From contig JBAYUN010000001.1 of the NCBI GenBank assembly GCA_041675085.1, positions 170,364 to 234,363 on the forward strand: a stretch of 64,000 bases of DNA, written 5' to 3'. The position numbers were made by a program, and so were the translations under genes. Positions 46,990 to 57,563 of the stretch are shown here, in pieces. Each line of letters begins with the position of its first letter. The stretch's first letter is position 1. The notes under the pieces are model-generated. The model did no database searches. It was not told where the DNA came from and saw only the letters and a program-made list of their open reading frames with translations. The stretch is from Minisyncoccota bacterium. GTDB taxonomy: Bacteria; Patescibacteriota; Minisyncoccia; Phycocordibacterales; UBA9973.

Positions 46990-49680
46990 TTAAACTTTTA
47001 TTTTACTTTTGATCTTAAGATTACTTTTAACCTTACCCTTTTTGATAGTTATGACTAGTTCATTGTTTTTCTCAGTGACTAATATAGTATCTCCTTTTTT
47101 TGCTCCATTTGAAATAATAAAACTAGCGACAGGATTCAAGATTTTAGTTTGAATAAGTCTGTTGAGTGGTCTCGCTCCATAATGCGGATCATACCCTTCT
47201 TTGGCCAAGTAGCTTAAAGCTTCTTCGGTAATATCAAGATTAATACCTTTAACATGAAGTCTTTCTCTCACAACACCAACGCGGATATTGACGATATCTT
47301 TTATAGCTTCTGGAGAGAGTATATCAAACAATACAATCTCATCAATACGATTCAAGAATTCTGGGCGAAAATGGTCTTTGAGAGACCCCATAACTTTTTC
47401 TTTTACTTCTTCATAATTTTGTTTTTCAGAATTATTTGAAAATCCAATAGATTCCATTTTCTCAATAAATTGAGAACCAATATTAGAAGTCATGATGATA
47501 ATAGTATTTTTAAAATTCACTACTCTACCCTTACCATCAGTCATGCGACCTTCGTCTAGCACAGATAACAACATATTGAAAACTTCAGGATGAGCCTTTT
47601 CTATTTCATCAAACAAGACTATCGCATACGGACGATGGCGGACCGCTTCGGTGAGTTGCCCTGCTTCATCGTGACCTACGTATCCTGGAGGTGAACCAAT
47701 AAGCTTAGAGACACTATGACGTTCCATGTATTCCGACATATCAACGCGTATGATAGCCTTCTCATCATTGAACATAAATTCACCAAGGGCTTTAGTGAGT
47801 TCAGTCTTACCTACTCCAGTCGGACCTAAGAAAATAAATGAACCAATAGGTTTATTTGGGTCACTTATACCAGCACGAGAACGACGTATCACATCAGAAA
47901 CACGCACCAAAGCATTATCTTGACCCATAACTCTAGAGCGGAGTTGGTCCTCCATTTTTTCCAATTTATCTCTCTCTTCTTCTAACATTTTAGAAACAGG
48001 AATACCTGTCCAGCGGGCGACAACTTCGGCTATATCCTCTTCGGTTATTTCTTCTTTCAAGATTCGGCGAGTCTTTTGCAATTTCTTTAGACGGATTAGT
48101 TTATTGTCCAATTCTTTTTTCAGAGTTGGTATCTTGCCGTAGCGAATCTCCGCCGCTAGAGATAGGTCTGAACTCATCTCAGCATTTTCCGCATCAACAC
48201 GAAGAGATTCTAAATCTTTTTTAATTGAGCGAATCTCTACTACTATGTTTCTTTCATTTTGCCACTTGAGTTCTAACTCTTTAGTTTTCTCGTAGAGATT
48301 ACCTATTTCAAGATCGATAACTTTAATTCTATTTTTTATTTCTTTGATTTTTTCTTTATCTATCTCAGATAGAGTGACTTCTTTTTTTAGAGCTTCTTTT
48401 TCTATTTCAAAACGCATGATTTTACGATGCGCATCTTCTAAAATTGGAGGTTTATTTTCCAAAGAAATTTTCAAAGAAGAAGAAGCCTCGTCGATAAGAT
48501 CGACAGCTTTGTCTGGTAGAAATCTATTGGTAATATATCGAGAAGATAAATTTACAGCCGAGATAATAGAGTCATCAGTAATACGAACACCATGGAAAAG
48601 CTCATACTTTTCTTTCAAACCTCGTAGTATAGCAATAGCGTCTTCAATACTAGGCTCATCAATATATACAGGTTGAAAACGTCTCGCTAGAGCTGGATCC
48701 TTTTCTATATGTTTTTGATATTCTTTCAAAGTTGTAGCACCTATCGCACGCAATTCTCCACGAGCGAGCGCCGGTTTCAACATATTAGAAGCGTCTAGAG
48801 TTCCTTCAGAACCACCAGCGCCTACGATAGTATGAATCTCATCAATAAAGAGGATTATTTTCCCGTCAGCTTTCTCTATCTCTTTCATGATCCCCTTTAA
48901 TCTCTCTTCAAATTCTCCTCTGTATTTTGTACCTGCGATAAGAGAACCTAGATCTAGAGATACTAATTCTTTATCTTTTAATGACTCAGGAACGTTGCCT
49001 TTTACGATACGCACAGCCAATCCTTCTACCACAGCAGTCTTACCAGTCCCCGCTTCACCTATCAATATCGGATTGTTTTTAGTACGACGAGACAAGATCT
49101 GCATAATACGCATAATCTCATTATCACGACCTATCACAGGATCGAGTTTGTCTTCACGAGCAAGCTTGGTCAGGTTGCGAGTGTATTTTAAAATCATTTT
49201 AAAAGGCTTGCCTGGTGAGACATCAGTAATATTTTGAGTACGTAATTCGTTTACAACTTTTATCACATCATCTTTGATGATTCTAAATTTTGATAAAGTC
49301 TCCCTAGCCTCTCCCGCAACATCAAGCATAGCTAAAAATAAATGCTCCGTCGAAACGAAATCATCTTTCATGAATTCTGCAACTTTTACAGAATATTCTA
49401 TAACTTGCGCCAAATCAGGATTCAAATAAATCTGATAAGCTGGCGATAAAGTTTGTTGCCCTTCAGGATTTTCAATAGCATCTAACACAGAATCAGATAA
49501 CAGTATTGTATCTACTTCTAATTTATCGAGTATAGAATTCACCATACTTTCTTCTTGTAAAATCAAAGCAGTTAAAAGATGCAAAGACGATACATGATTT
49601 TGACCGCGTTCGATAGCGAGCTCATGAGCCTTCTTGATTGCATCTTTTGCTTTGGTTGTAAATTTATTTAATGGTGGCAT
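46990..49680 (-). CDS. clpB: ClpB-type AAA+ disaggregase (Hsp100)
   Basis: Two AAA+ modules (GEAGTGKT; GPTGVGKTE), long middle coiled-coil, 896 aa. Confidence 0.85.
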   Translation of the reverse strand: MPPLNKFTTKAKDAIKKAHELAIERGQNHVSSLHLLTALILQEESMVNSILDKLEVDTILLSDSVLDAIENPEGQQTLSPAYQIYLNPDLAQVIEYSVKVAEFMKDDFVSTEHLFLAMLDVAGEARETLSKFRIIKDDVIKVVNELRTQNITDVSPGKPFKMILKYTRNLTKLAREDKLDPVIGRDNEIMRIMQILSRRTKNNPILIGEAGTGKTAVVEGLAVRIVKGNVPESLKDKELVSLDLGSLIAGTKYRGEFEERLKGIMKEIEKADGKIILFIDEIHTIVGAGGSEGTLDASNMLKPALARGELRAIGATTLKEYQKHIEKDPALARRFQPVYIDEPSIEDAIAILRGLKEKYELFHGVRITDDSIISAVNLSSRYITNRFLPDKAVDLIDEASSSLKISLENKPPILEDAHRKIMRFEIEKEALKKEVTLSEIDKEKIKEIKNRIKVIDLEIGNLYEKTKELELKWQNERNIVVEIRSIKKDLESLRVDAENAEMSSDLSLAAEIRYGKIPTLKKELDNKLIRLKKLQKTRRILKEEITEEDIAEVVARWTGIPVSKMLEEERDKLEKMEDQLRSRVMGQDNALVRVSDVIRRSRAGISDPNKPIGSFIFLGPTGVGKTELTKALGEFMFNDEKAIIRVDMSEYMERHSVSKLIGSPPGYVGHDEAGQLTEAVRHRPYAIVLFDEIEKAHPEVFNMLLSVLDEGRMTDGKGRVVNFKNTIIIMTSNIGSQFIEKMESIGFSNNSEKQNYEEVKEKVMGSLKDHFRPEFLNRIDEIVLFDILSPEAIKDIVNIRVGVVRERLHVKGINLDITEEALSYLAKEGYDPHYGARPLNRLIQTKILNPVASFIISNGAKKGDTILVTEKNNELVITIKKGKVKSNLKIKSKIKV

Positions 49681-49705
49681 ATGAGTTTAAAGTTAAATTA
49701 TAAAT

Positions 49706-50071
49706 TTATGATGTTGGATTTTCTGGCACTGTAGGGTCTTCTGTTGGTGTTTCTTCGCTCGGTACCTCTACTGGAGGTGGTGGCACTACGACTGGCGTTT
49801 CTTTTACTTCGTTTAGTTTATCTATTAATGGTTTTAAAGCTTTTAAATCGGCAAGTAATTTCTGTTCGTCTTCATTTAGATTACCTGTAGTTTCTACTTC
49901 GACGATTCTCTCTACGGTTTTTTGAACAACTTGAGTTATCGGGTTTTTAATACGGTCTGGAGTTTCGGCTAAAAGAGAATATGTAGTAATACTAGTCGCA
50001 ATAGACACAATAAAACATACCAATATTATAAGTAATATAAATTGCCCTTTGTTTAAATCTTTTATATCCAT
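49706..50071 (-). CDS. hypothetical membrane-anchored Pro-rich protein
   Basis: TM then coiled-coil then VVVPPPPVEVPSEETPTEDPTVPENP tail. Confidence 0.4.
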   Translation of the reverse strand: MDIKDLNKGQFILLIILVCFIVSIATSITTYSLLAETPDRIKNPITQVVQKTVERIVEVETTGNLNEDEQKLLADLKALKPLIDKLNEVKETPVVVPPPPVEVPSEETPTEDPTVPENPTS

Positions 50072-50135
50072 ACATCATTTATAGCACAAAACGAGATAAA
50101 AATTAAGTAAATTTTTCAAACCACAACTTAATAAA

Positions 50136-50172
50136 AAATCTCTAAATATTTATTTTAGAGATTTTTTTTCAA
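50136..50172. terminator. bidirectional terminator
   Basis: aaaaaatctctaaatatttattttagagatttttttt. Confidence 0.5.
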
Positions 50173-50175
50173 ATT

Positions 50176-50571
50176 TTAATTTTTATCTTTTTCTTGCCTG
50201 CCAGTGTCTTTATCGAATTTCATCGTTTCCTCTTCTGAATGAATACCAGTCATATCTCTCAATAAAGTTAATTGTTGTAAAATAGCTTGATAAGATAAAT
50301 CCAAAGATTCATTAGACTTACTTTGAAGATTATCATAAGTCCCTCGATATTCAACAGTTTGATCTAAAGCTGGCAAGTGATTCGAATCAACTACCCCTTC
50401 ATCTGCAATATTTTTATATCCATGAGGTACTTTTTGCAATTTTTCAATTTGGTCAATCATACTACTCAAATTAGCTATTTTAGATCTCATTGTTTCAATA
50501 CCAATCTCAAGACCTCCTTCTTTTACGCTAATTCTTTCTTCTTTCTTAATTTGCATATTTTCCATATTCAT
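50176..50571 (-). CDS. hypothetical protein (131 aa)
   Basis: No recognised domain. Confidence 0.4.
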   Translation of the reverse strand: MNMENMQIKKEERISVKEGGLEIGIETMRSKIANLSSMIDQIEKLQKVPHGYKNIADEGVVDSNHLPALDQTVEYRGTYDNLQSKSNESLDLSYQAILQQLTLLRDMTGIHSEEETMKFDKDTGRQEKDKN

Positions 50572-50676
50572 AAAATGATTATACTACTTTAAAGAAATTT
50601 TTGTCTAGTATTGACATTTTATTAAAGATATAGTAATGTACTAAAAAGGTAACGTTACTTCCTTATAATTTGTAAC

Positions 50677-50728
50677 TATGGGGTGAATTGAACAACATCC
50701 TGAACGCTAAATTGAAACAAATATTCTC
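50677..50728. repeat. 52-bp direct repeat, left copy, flanking cassette gene
   Basis: tatggggtgaattgaacaacatcctgaacgctaaattgaaacaaatattctc. Confidence 0.65.
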
Positions 50729-50757
50729 GGCAATCCTCCGTGTTTGGATAAAATTCT

Positions 50758-51174
50758 TTGAAAATGAAAAATTGGTTCAAATCCAGTAAGACGGTAAAAA
50801 ATCCCGCTCAAGCTGGTGACACGGCACTTGCCTTCTATTATGAAGAAATTGCCAAAAAATTAGGTAACAACAAACAAGGGGCGCCTCATTTTGAGTATGA
50901 GATCCATACGCAAGAACGGGCACCGCTTGATAGTTCTACCGCACAGTTTGCAGTAACGTTATGGGGAGTATCACAAGGATTCAAAATTATAGAATCCAAA
51001 AACGAACCCTCTCTGAAGAAAGCACTACAAAAAGTCGGATTCTCTCATGATGAAATAGTACTCTATTCGCACTGTATCGTAGAATCAGGCACGTTCGCTA
51101 GTGGATATCAGAAAAACGATGTGTATCGTCTGCATTATCAGGATTACAGCGAAATCGTGACAGGTTACTTCTAA
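50758..51174 (+). CDS. hypothetical protein (138 aa) with locally elevated GC
   Basis: ORF sits exactly between the two direct repeats; GC visibly higher than surroundings. Confidence 0.5.
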   Translation: MKMKNWFKSSKTVKNPAQAGDTALAFYYEEIAKKLGNNKQGAPHFEYEIHTQERAPLDSSTAQFAVTLWGVSQGFKIIESKNEPSLKKALQKVGFSHDEIVLYSHCIVESGTFASGYQKNDVYRLHYQDYSEIVTGYF

Positions 51175-51190
51175 ACCTTTAATTATGAAG

Positions 51191-51241
51191 TATGGGTGAA
51201 TTGAATAACATCCTTAACGCTAAATTGAAACAAATATTCTC
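51191..51241. repeat. direct repeat, right copy
   Basis: tatgggtgaattgaataacatccttaacgctaaattgaaacaaatattctc (about 94% identical to left copy). Confidence 0.65.
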
Positions 51242-51307
51242 AGTTGCTTGTTCTGTCAATAAGCTAGTCCTGTATAGTGTTGGGACAATAAATACACACT
51301 TTAGAAT

Positions 51308-51796
51308 ATGAATACTAGCACCAGATTACTATGTATTGCCTCAATACTAACAATTATCTATTTTGTGGTCTTGTATGACCTTTTACAGGTTCCATACGAT
51401 AGAGACATAAATTATCTTGATCAAATTTCTGTAAAGCACTTCGAAACAGAAAAAAATATAGGCATAGTAAAAACAAAATTTTTTGGAGATATTAAAACCG
51501 TTAAGGGAAAATACTCGTTTATGGTAAGTTCCATAGTAACTAGACCAGAAGATGGGAGTATGTGGATACTCCATTCTCTGAAATGGTTTGAAATACTATT
51601 AACCGTGGGATTAATTTGTCTGTTATTACTTGAAAGAAAAGGAGAAGATTTCACGCCTGCTTTTCTAATTTTATGTTTAACAATAACTTTTATTTCATGC
51701 TTATCTTCATCATCATTAAAACCAGATTTTGGTTTTAATGAAATTCTTTTGCTAATATTATTATTAATAAATTTTACTATTAGTAGAAAAAAATAA
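51308..51796 (+). CDS. hypothetical polytopic membrane protein
   Basis: Multiple hydrophobic helices. Confidence 0.4.
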   Translation: MNTSTRLLCIASILTIIYFVVLYDLLQVPYDRDINYLDQISVKHFETEKNIGIVKTKFFGDIKTVKGKYSFMVSSIVTRPEDGSMWILHSLKWFEILLTVGLICLLLLERKGEDFTPAFLILCLTITFISCLSSSSLKPDFGFNEILLLILLLINFTISRKK

Positions 51797-51871
51797 ATCT
51801 TTAAAGCATAGTTTGTGAAAACAAGCTGTGCTTTTTTATTTAACTTTAATTTTGATTACAAGTTTATTATA

Positions 51872-52288
51872 TTATTTTTGAATCATCATTTTCCTGACCA
51901 CTCTTTCCACTTCATAAGGATTTTTAATTGAATCAAAATGTATTTCAAATAAATCTGAGCCCGGAGTATCAAACTTGATAGAACCAACACCTAAAATTTT
52001 CTGAATAAAAGTTTGAGTTACTTCTATATTTTGAATTTTTTCATATTCTGCAAATTTTCTAGAAGTGGATAAGAAATTATATTCGCGAGCTATACCAGTG
52101 TGTAATAGATAATAACTATGAACTTTACGAAAGACTTCTGTTCCTATAATTAAAAGTATTCCAAAAATCAAAAATTGCCAGTAAAAAAATATCCCAGCAA
52201 CAACAGCCAATAGTCCAAAAAAATAAAAATCAAGATATAAAAAACGATGCGGATAAAATTTTTCTAAAACATCTGGTTGGTTATTCAT
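51872..52288 (-). CDS. bacterial PH-domain (bPH_2/DUF304-like) membrane protein
   Basis: Two N-terminal TMs followed by about 80-aa domain, YdbS/YdbT-like arrangement. Confidence 0.5.
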   Translation of the reverse strand: MNNQPDVLEKFYPHRFLYLDFYFFGLLAVVAGIFFYWQFLIFGILLIIGTEVFRKVHSYYLLHTGIAREYNFLSTSRKFAEYEKIQNIEVTQTFIQKILGVGSIKFDTPGSDLFEIHFDSIKNPYEVERVVRKMMIQK

Positions 52289-52291
52289 ATC

Positions 52292-53557
52292 TTATATATA
52301 CCATTTTTTAGTTTTTTTTAAAATCTCAGACATAGATGTGATGACGTAATTCAAACCTTCTTTTGTTGTATCTCTACCGAGAGAAAAACGCAAACTATGG
52401 ATAATCTTGCCTCCGTCTACATGAATAGCTTCTAATACATGAGAATTCTTTTGGTCTCCCGACTTACAAGCACTCTTTTCAGAAATATGAATACCTCGAG
52501 TAGATAATTCTATCAACAATAAATCGCTAGGAATTTGCGGTATGGTAAAGTTTACGTTATTGGGCAGGCGCATAACACTGTCGCCGTTTAAGATTATGTT
52601 TATCTCATATTTCTTAAAAAGATTTTGCATTTTTGCGATGAAGTAATCCCGCAAAGTGACAAGTCTTTTGTTTTCTTTGATTTTCATCTTTTCTGTTAAG
52701 ATCAGAGCTTGCTCTAGTCCTACCACTAGAGGGAGATTTTCTGTACCAGGGCGTATTTGAAATTCTTGATCGCCACCATGATTTACAGGAGACAACTCTA
52801 CACCTCGTTTTTTAAATAAAACTCCTACACCTTTCGGTCCATAAATCTTGCCTGCATTAAATGACAACAAATCTACACCCAAACGCAACACATTAATATC
52901 TAAATAATTTATTGCTTGTGTAGCGTCGGTATGAAAGACTGGATAAAGCTCATGATTATTATTTTTCTTATAGTGACGAATAACTTTAGCTATTTCTCTA
53001 ATCGGCTGAATAGTACCTATTTCATTGTTTGCATACATTACAGAGACAAGTACTGTATTTTCTTTTATTAGCTTTTTTAATTTAGAAGGATCTACTATCC
53101 CATCCTGTTCTACAGGCAGATAGTCCAATTCTATTTTTTTTTCACTCTCCAAAAACTTACATACTTCTAGAATAGACGCATGTTCGATATTACTAATAAT
53201 CACATGAGGAGTTTTAAATTTTTTGGAAGCTAGAGAGACAGTCCCTAAGACTGCAAGATTGTTAGATTCAGTAGCTCCACTAGTAAAAACTATTTCGTCC
53301 ATATGAGCACCCAAAATCGCCCCCACAGAATTCCGAGCCTGAGTCAAGACTTTCATAGACTCAACACCGAGGTTATGAATAGCACTAGGGTTTGCAAAAT
53401 ACTTCTTGAAAGCTTGGTTCATTTTTGACAAAACAACACCATCTAAAAAAGTAGCTGAGGCATTATCTAAATATACTAGCTTTTTTGACTTTGTTTTATT
53501 TAGCTCCTTTTTATTTTTGCTTTTGTTTTGATTTGTATTTTTGTTTGATTTAACCAT
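52292..53557 (-). CDS. cysteine desulfurase (class V aminotransferase, IscS/NifS-like)
   Basis: Lys-rich N-terminal extension then VYLDNASAT...; PLP fold; SxHK-like region NAGKIYGPKGVG. Confidence 0.8.
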   Translation of the reverse strand: MVKSNKNTNQNKSKNKKELNKTKSKKLVYLDNASATFLDGVVLSKMNQAFKKYFANPSAIHNLGVESMKVLTQARNSVGAILGAHMDEIVFTSGATESNNLAVLGTVSLASKKFKTPHVIISNIEHASILEVCKFLESEKKIELDYLPVEQDGIVDPSKLKKLIKENTVLVSVMYANNEIGTIQPIREIAKVIRHYKKNNNHELYPVFHTDATQAINYLDINVLRLGVDLLSFNAGKIYGPKGVGVLFKKRGVELSPVNHGGDQEFQIRPGTENLPLVVGLEQALILTEKMKIKENKRLVTLRDYFIAKMQNLFKKYEINIILNGDSVMRLPNNVNFTIPQIPSDLLLIELSTRGIHISEKSACKSGDQKNSHVLEAIHVDGGKIIHSLRFSLGRDTTKEGLNYVITSMSEILKKTKKWYI

Positions 53558-53581
53558 GAAAATAGTATATATTGAAATTGT

Positions 53582-54037
53582 ATGAATATAAAGCTCGAAA
53601 TTGCTTTTTTTGTTTTTACCCTAATTGCAATCTTTGCAAATTTTTTTTGGATTAAGAAAACAGAAAAAAGATTGAAGAGATTTTTTATGGGCAAAAAAGC
53701 AAAAGACCTTGAAGAAACCTTAATTCATCTAGAAGCAGAACTAGCAGTTTTACAAAAAGCGAAAGAGCAAACAGAGAAAGATTTGATAGTTGTAAACCAA
53801 AAACTTAAAAAGAGTATTAGAGGTTTAGAGACTATCCGATTCAATCCTTTCCCTGACCAAGGTGGCACTCAGAGTTTTGCTATTGGTTTACAAAATGAAG
53901 AAGGAGATGGTGTTGTAATTTCTAGTCTATACAGCAGAGAAAGAATGAGTGTTTTTGCAAAGCCTATCAAAAAAGGTGTATCTGAATATGAATTAACGGA
54001 AGAAGAAAAAGAAGTTGTTTTGAGAGCTAAAGTTTAA
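53582..54037 (+). CDS. hypothetical membrane-anchored coiled-coil protein (possibly DUF4446-like)
   Basis: TM, coiled-coil, then FNPFPDQGGTQSFAIGLQNEEGDGVVISSLYSRE. Confidence 0.35.
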   Translation: MNIKLEIAFFVFTLIAIFANFFWIKKTEKRLKRFFMGKKAKDLEETLIHLEAELAVLQKAKEQTEKDLIVVNQKLKKSIRGLETIRFNPFPDQGGTQSFAIGLQNEEGDGVVISSLYSRERMSVFAKPIKKGVSEYELTEEEKEVVLRAKV

Positions 54038-54043
54038 TTAAAT

Positions 54044-55558
54044 ATGAAAAAAGAAAAAGAAATAATCTCATACGATCCTGAAATAATACGCCCACCTGTG
54101 GTAGTTATTATGGGGCACGTCGACCACGGCAAGTCGACTCTTTTAGACTACCTCAGGAATACAAATATAGTAGATGGTGAAGCGGGAGGTATTACTCAAC
54201 ACATATCTGCTTATGAAGTAACTCATAAAGACGAAAAAAATATTGAAAAGAAGATAACTTTCTTAGACACTCCCGGACATGCTGCGTTTTCTAAAATGCG
54301 TGCACGTGGAGCAAATATAGCGGACATAGCTATCCTTATCGTTTCCGCTGAAGACGGAGTTAAAACTCAAACTATAGAAGCTTGGAAAACCATAGAGGAA
54401 ACTAAAATCCCAGTCATAGTCGCTATTAACAAAATAGACAAACCTCAGGCAAATCTAGAAAAAACCAAAACTGAATTATCAGAAAACGGTATTTATCTAG
54501 AAGACTACGGAGGCACAATACCCTATGCTGCTATCTCAGCTAAAACAGGAGAAGGTGTACCGGATTTATTGTCTTTGATAAACATCGTAGCCGAATTGGA
54601 AGAATTAAAAGCAGACGATGAAAAACTCGCTACTGGTTTTATAATTGAAGCAAACTTGGATCAAAAACGTGGAATAGAAGCTACCATGATAATAAAAGAT
54701 GGTACTCTACGTAAAGGTATGTGGGTGGCATCTAATGATAGTGCTTGTCCTGTAAGAATATTCTTAGATTTTAGAGGCAAAGCTATAGACGAAGCTACTT
54801 TCTCATCCCCTGTGAAGCTTGTAGGATTTGATAAAATGCCAAAAGTAGGTAGTAGATTCTATTCTTTTTCAAAGAAAGAGGACGCCCTTAAACATAAAGA
54901 AGGAGACAAGAATACTTTAGTCCCAGACAAAAAAGATAGAGATTTACCAACCAATAAAAAGATAATCCCTATCATAATCAAAACCGATACTTCAGGCTCA
55001 ATAGAAGCACTAGAAAAAGAAATCGAGAAAATCGAAAACGATAGTGCTATGTTTAAAATCATCCAAAAAGGTGAAGGTATTATCGGAGAGAACGATATCA
55101 AAAACGCTATGGGAACCGAAAACGGTATAGTTTTAGGATTCAATGTAAAGGTAGACAACAATGCTCTAAACCTAGCCGAGAGAATGGGAGTTACTGTACT
55201 TACTTTTGATATAATCTACAAAATGACTGAATGGCTCGAACTTGAAATGGAAAAAAGAAGACCACGAGTCGAGACAACTGAAATCACAGGTAGAGCTAAG
55301 ATCTTGAAAGCTTTTAGTAGAACCAAAGAAAGACAAATCTTAGGCGGTAAAGTACTCGAAGGAAATATCTTGTTAGGTACAGTTAGAATAATGAGAAGAG
55401 ATAATGAGATAGGAAAAGGAAAATTAGTAAACTTAGAAAAAGGAAAAAACAAAACTAGCTCTGTCGAAGAAGGAGCTGAGTTTGGCATGATGATAGAATC
55501 AAAATTAGAAATAGTTGCAGGTGATGTAATAGAAACTTTTTCTATTGTACAAAAATAA
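54044..55558 (+). CDS. infB: translation initiation factor IF-2 (short form lacking N-terminal extension)
   Basis: G-domain [25 protein letters not shown]. Confidence 0.9.
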   Translation: MKKEKEIISYDPEIIRPPVVVIMGHVDHGKSTLLDYLRNTNIVDGEAGGITQHISAYEVTHKDEKNIEKKITFLDTPGHAAFSKMRARGANIADIAILIVSAEDGVKTQTIEAWKTIEETKIPVIVAINKIDKPQANLEKTKTELSENGIYLEDYGGTIPYAAISAKTGEGVPDLLSLINIVAELEELKADDEKLATGFIIEANLDQKRGIEATMIIKDGTLRKGMWVASNDSACPVRIFLDFRGKAIDEATFSSPVKLVGFDKMPKVGSRFYSFSKKEDALKHKEGDKNTLVPDKKDRDLPTNKKIIPIIIKTDTSGSIEALEKEIEKIENDSAMFKIIQKGEGIIGENDIKNAMGTENGIVLGFNVKVDNNALNLAERMGVTVLTFDIIYKMTEWLELEMEKRRPRVETTEITGRAKILKAFSRTKERQILGGKVLEGNILLGTVRIMRRDNEIGKGKLVNLEKGKNKTSSVEEGAEFGMMIESKLEIVAGDVIETFSIVQK

Positions 55559-55562
55559 ATTT

Positions 55563-55886
55563 ATGACAGACAGACAAGAAAAAATCGGTGCATTATTAAA
55601 AGAATTAGTAGCCAACTTTTTATTAAGAGAGAATAACAATTCTTCTCTTATTACTGTTACAAGTACTACTGTTTCTTCAGACTTTAAAAAAGCTACTATA
55701 TTTATCACTGTGCTACCTAACGAAAAAGAACACACTGCTCTAGAATTCGCCAAAAGGAAAAGAGGTGAAATGCGAGACTTTATCAAAAAGAATATGGAGA
55801 CCAAAGTTATTCCTTTTATAGACATAGAAATAGACAAAGGCGAGAAAAACAGACAAAGAATTGACGAATTGCTCCGAGAAAAGTAA
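55563..55886 (+). CDS. rbfA: ribosome-binding factor A
   Basis: Immediately after infB; start taken at MTDRQEKIGALLKE (track ORF starts 6 codons earlier). Confidence 0.75.
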   Translation: MTDRQEKIGALLKELVANFLLRENNNSSLITVTSTTVSSDFKKATIFITVLPNEKEHTALEFAKRKRGEMRDFIKKNMETKVIPFIDIEIDKGEKNRQRIDELLREK

Positions 55887-55901
55887 GATTAGTATTTGTA
55901 A

Positions 55902-55973
55902 GGCCTAGTCGCCAAGTGGTAAGGCAAAGATCTGCAAAATCTTTATACGCCGGTTCGATTCCGGCCTAGGCCT
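55902..55973 (+). tRNA. tRNA-Cys (anticodon GCA)
   Basis: ggcctag..aagat-cTGCAaa-atctt..gccggttcgattccggc-ctaggcc. Confidence 0.85.
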
Positions 55974-56040
55974 CATATAGATTGTATTTTTATAAAAAAA
56001 TAGTTAGAATAAGATTTATATAAATATATATTTATAAATT

Positions 56041-56109
56041 GCCCGGATGGATGAAAAGTAAACTGCTTTACTTTTCATCCGAGTAAAACGAGGAGGCCGA
56101 CATCCGGGT
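56041..56109 (+). pseudogene. tRNA-Leu-derived structured element (tRNA-like remnant or small RNA)
   Basis: First 10 nt plus 7 upstream nt identical to tRNA-Leu(TAA) start (taaattgcccggatgg); 8-bp outer stem gcccggat/atccgggt enclosing a perfect 14-bp hairpin (56049..56080) and a 21-nt strand containing aggagg. Confidence 0.35.
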
Positions 56110-56157
56110 AATGGTTTTGTTTACAAAATAAAAAATATGTAATATATTTTTTAAATT

Positions 56158-56239
56158 GCCCGGATGGCGGAACTGGTATACGCGCACGACTTAAAATCGT
56201 GTCTCGCAAGGGATGTGGGTTCGACCCCCACTCCGGGCA
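56158..56239 (+). tRNA. tRNA-Leu (anticodon TAA)
   Basis: gcccgga..cacga-cTTAAaa-tcgtg, long variable arm, gtgggttcgacccccac, tccgggc. Confidence 0.85.
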
Positions 56240-56268
56240 CACAGCAAAATTATAATTTTTGCTAAAAA

Positions 56269-56341
56269 GCGTCCTTAGCTCAGCTGGTAGAGCAGATCCC
56301 TCTTAAGGATAAGGTCGAAGGTTCGATCCCTTCAGGACGCA
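56269..56341 (+). tRNA. tRNA-Lys (anticodon CTT)
   Basis: gcgtcct-ta-gctcagctggtagagc-a-gatcc-cTCTTaa-ggata..gaaggttcgatcccttc-aggacgc. Confidence 0.85.
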
Positions 56342-56365
56342 CAAAGTGCAAATATTGCACTTAAG

Positions 56366-56465
56366 AATGAAAGTTGTTTTTAAAAAACATTGCGCAGGCT
56401 GACGAGCCGAGCATAGCAAATTTTTAGCAAAAAATTATGTGCGTTTTTTAAAAACAACTTTCATT
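56366..56465. repeat. perfect 23-bp inverted repeat with 54-nt GC-rich spacer
   Basis: aatgaaagttgtttttaaaaaac ... gttttttaaaaacaactttcatt; spacer attgcgcaggctgacgagccgagcatagc... Confidence 0.6.
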
Positions 56466-56475
56466 ATAATAAAAT

Positions 56476-56559
56476 TGGGCAAGTGGCGGAATTGGTATAC
56501 GCGTTAGTCTTAGGAACTAATGCCGCAAGGCTTGAGGGTTCGAGTCCCTCCTTGCCCAC
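56476..56559 (+). tRNA. tRNA-Leu (anticodon TAG)
   Basis: tgggcaa..ttagt-cTTAGga-actaa, long variable arm, gagggttcgagtccctc, ttgccca. Confidence 0.85.
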
Positions 56560-56624
56560 ACAGATAAAACATAAAAGCACCTTTATTTAAGGTGTTTTTA
56601 TGTTTATGTAACCTATACATATTA

Positions 56625-56650
56625 CCCCTAGGTCGCGACTCAGGGCTTGA
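56625..56650. repeat. REP-like palindrome, copy 4 (shortened)
   Basis: cccctaggtcgcgactcagggcttga. Confidence 0.4.
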
Positions 56651-56681
56651 CATTTACTCTTGAGTATGCTATACTATAGGT

Positions 56682-57461
56682 ATGAAAAATGTAAACAACA
56701 ATTTAATATTTGCCTTAGGAATCTTAGCTGTTGTGGCTTTCAATATTCTATTCTTATCCCCTACTACTACAAATGCTTATGTAACTCAAGGAGCTTATAA
56801 CACAACTGGAGCATACACTTATTGTGACGGATGTGGAGGAGTTAATAGTAATGCAAACAATAACAGCAACTCTACAATAGCAACTCCAGTCTTGTATTCA
56901 CTATCCCCTACAAACACTACAGTCAATGCAAATACAAAAACTGTGACTATCTTGGGTACAGGCTTCCGCCCAGACTCTATAGCTAGATGGGGCAGCTTCG
57001 ATCGCCCTACTTCATACGTAAACTCAAGAAAACTTATCATGGAGCTAAACGAAGGAGACTTAAAGGCAAAAGGTCAATACTTGGTAACAGTAGTAAACCC
57101 TAGTCCAGACGGTGGAAAGTTCTCAAACTCAAAAGTTTTCACTGTAAATAATACTACAACAGGAGCAGTAGCAGGAGCGAGCACAAAAAACACAACAAAG
57201 AAAGTATCTACAAGTAATACAACAGTAAAGACAGTCGGAGTAGAACTTGATACAGATTCCTCTTTAAACGGCTCTACAGGCTCAATAGACGGTGACAATG
57301 ATAATCTATCAGCAAATGCATCAAGTAGTAATTTCAACTTCATGCCGAGCACTATATTAGGATGGTTAGTACTATTTATCCTAATCTATCTATCAATACT
57401 ATTATTTAGAAAACTTTGGGTCACAGAAGACGACAAAAACAAGCCCTTAAAGCACGCATAA
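56682..57461 (+). CDS. surface protein with IPT/TIG-like domain and C-terminal TM anchor
   Basis: Signal peptide; PVLYSLSPTNTTVNANTKTVTILGTGF...LVTVVNPSPDGGKFS; Thr/Asn-rich linker; C-terminal TM ILGWLVLFILIYLSILLF. Confidence 0.5.
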   Translation: MKNVNNNLIFALGILAVVAFNILFLSPTTTNAYVTQGAYNTTGAYTYCDGCGGVNSNANNNSNSTIATPVLYSLSPTNTTVNANTKTVTILGTGFRPDSIARWGSFDRPTSYVNSRKLIMELNEGDLKAKGQYLVTVVNPSPDGGKFSNSKVFTVNNTTTGAVAGASTKNTTKKVSTSNTTVKTVGVELDTDSSLNGSTGSIDGDNDNLSANASSSNFNFMPSTILGWLVLFILIYLSILLFRKLWVTEDDKNKPLKHA

Positions 57462-57563
57462 AAATTATAAATATATACAAAAAAGTCAGCCTTAAAAGGT
57501 TGACTTTTTTGTTGTTTTATGCTATAGTTTATATGTAATTTGCTCGTTGAAAAATAAGATTTT

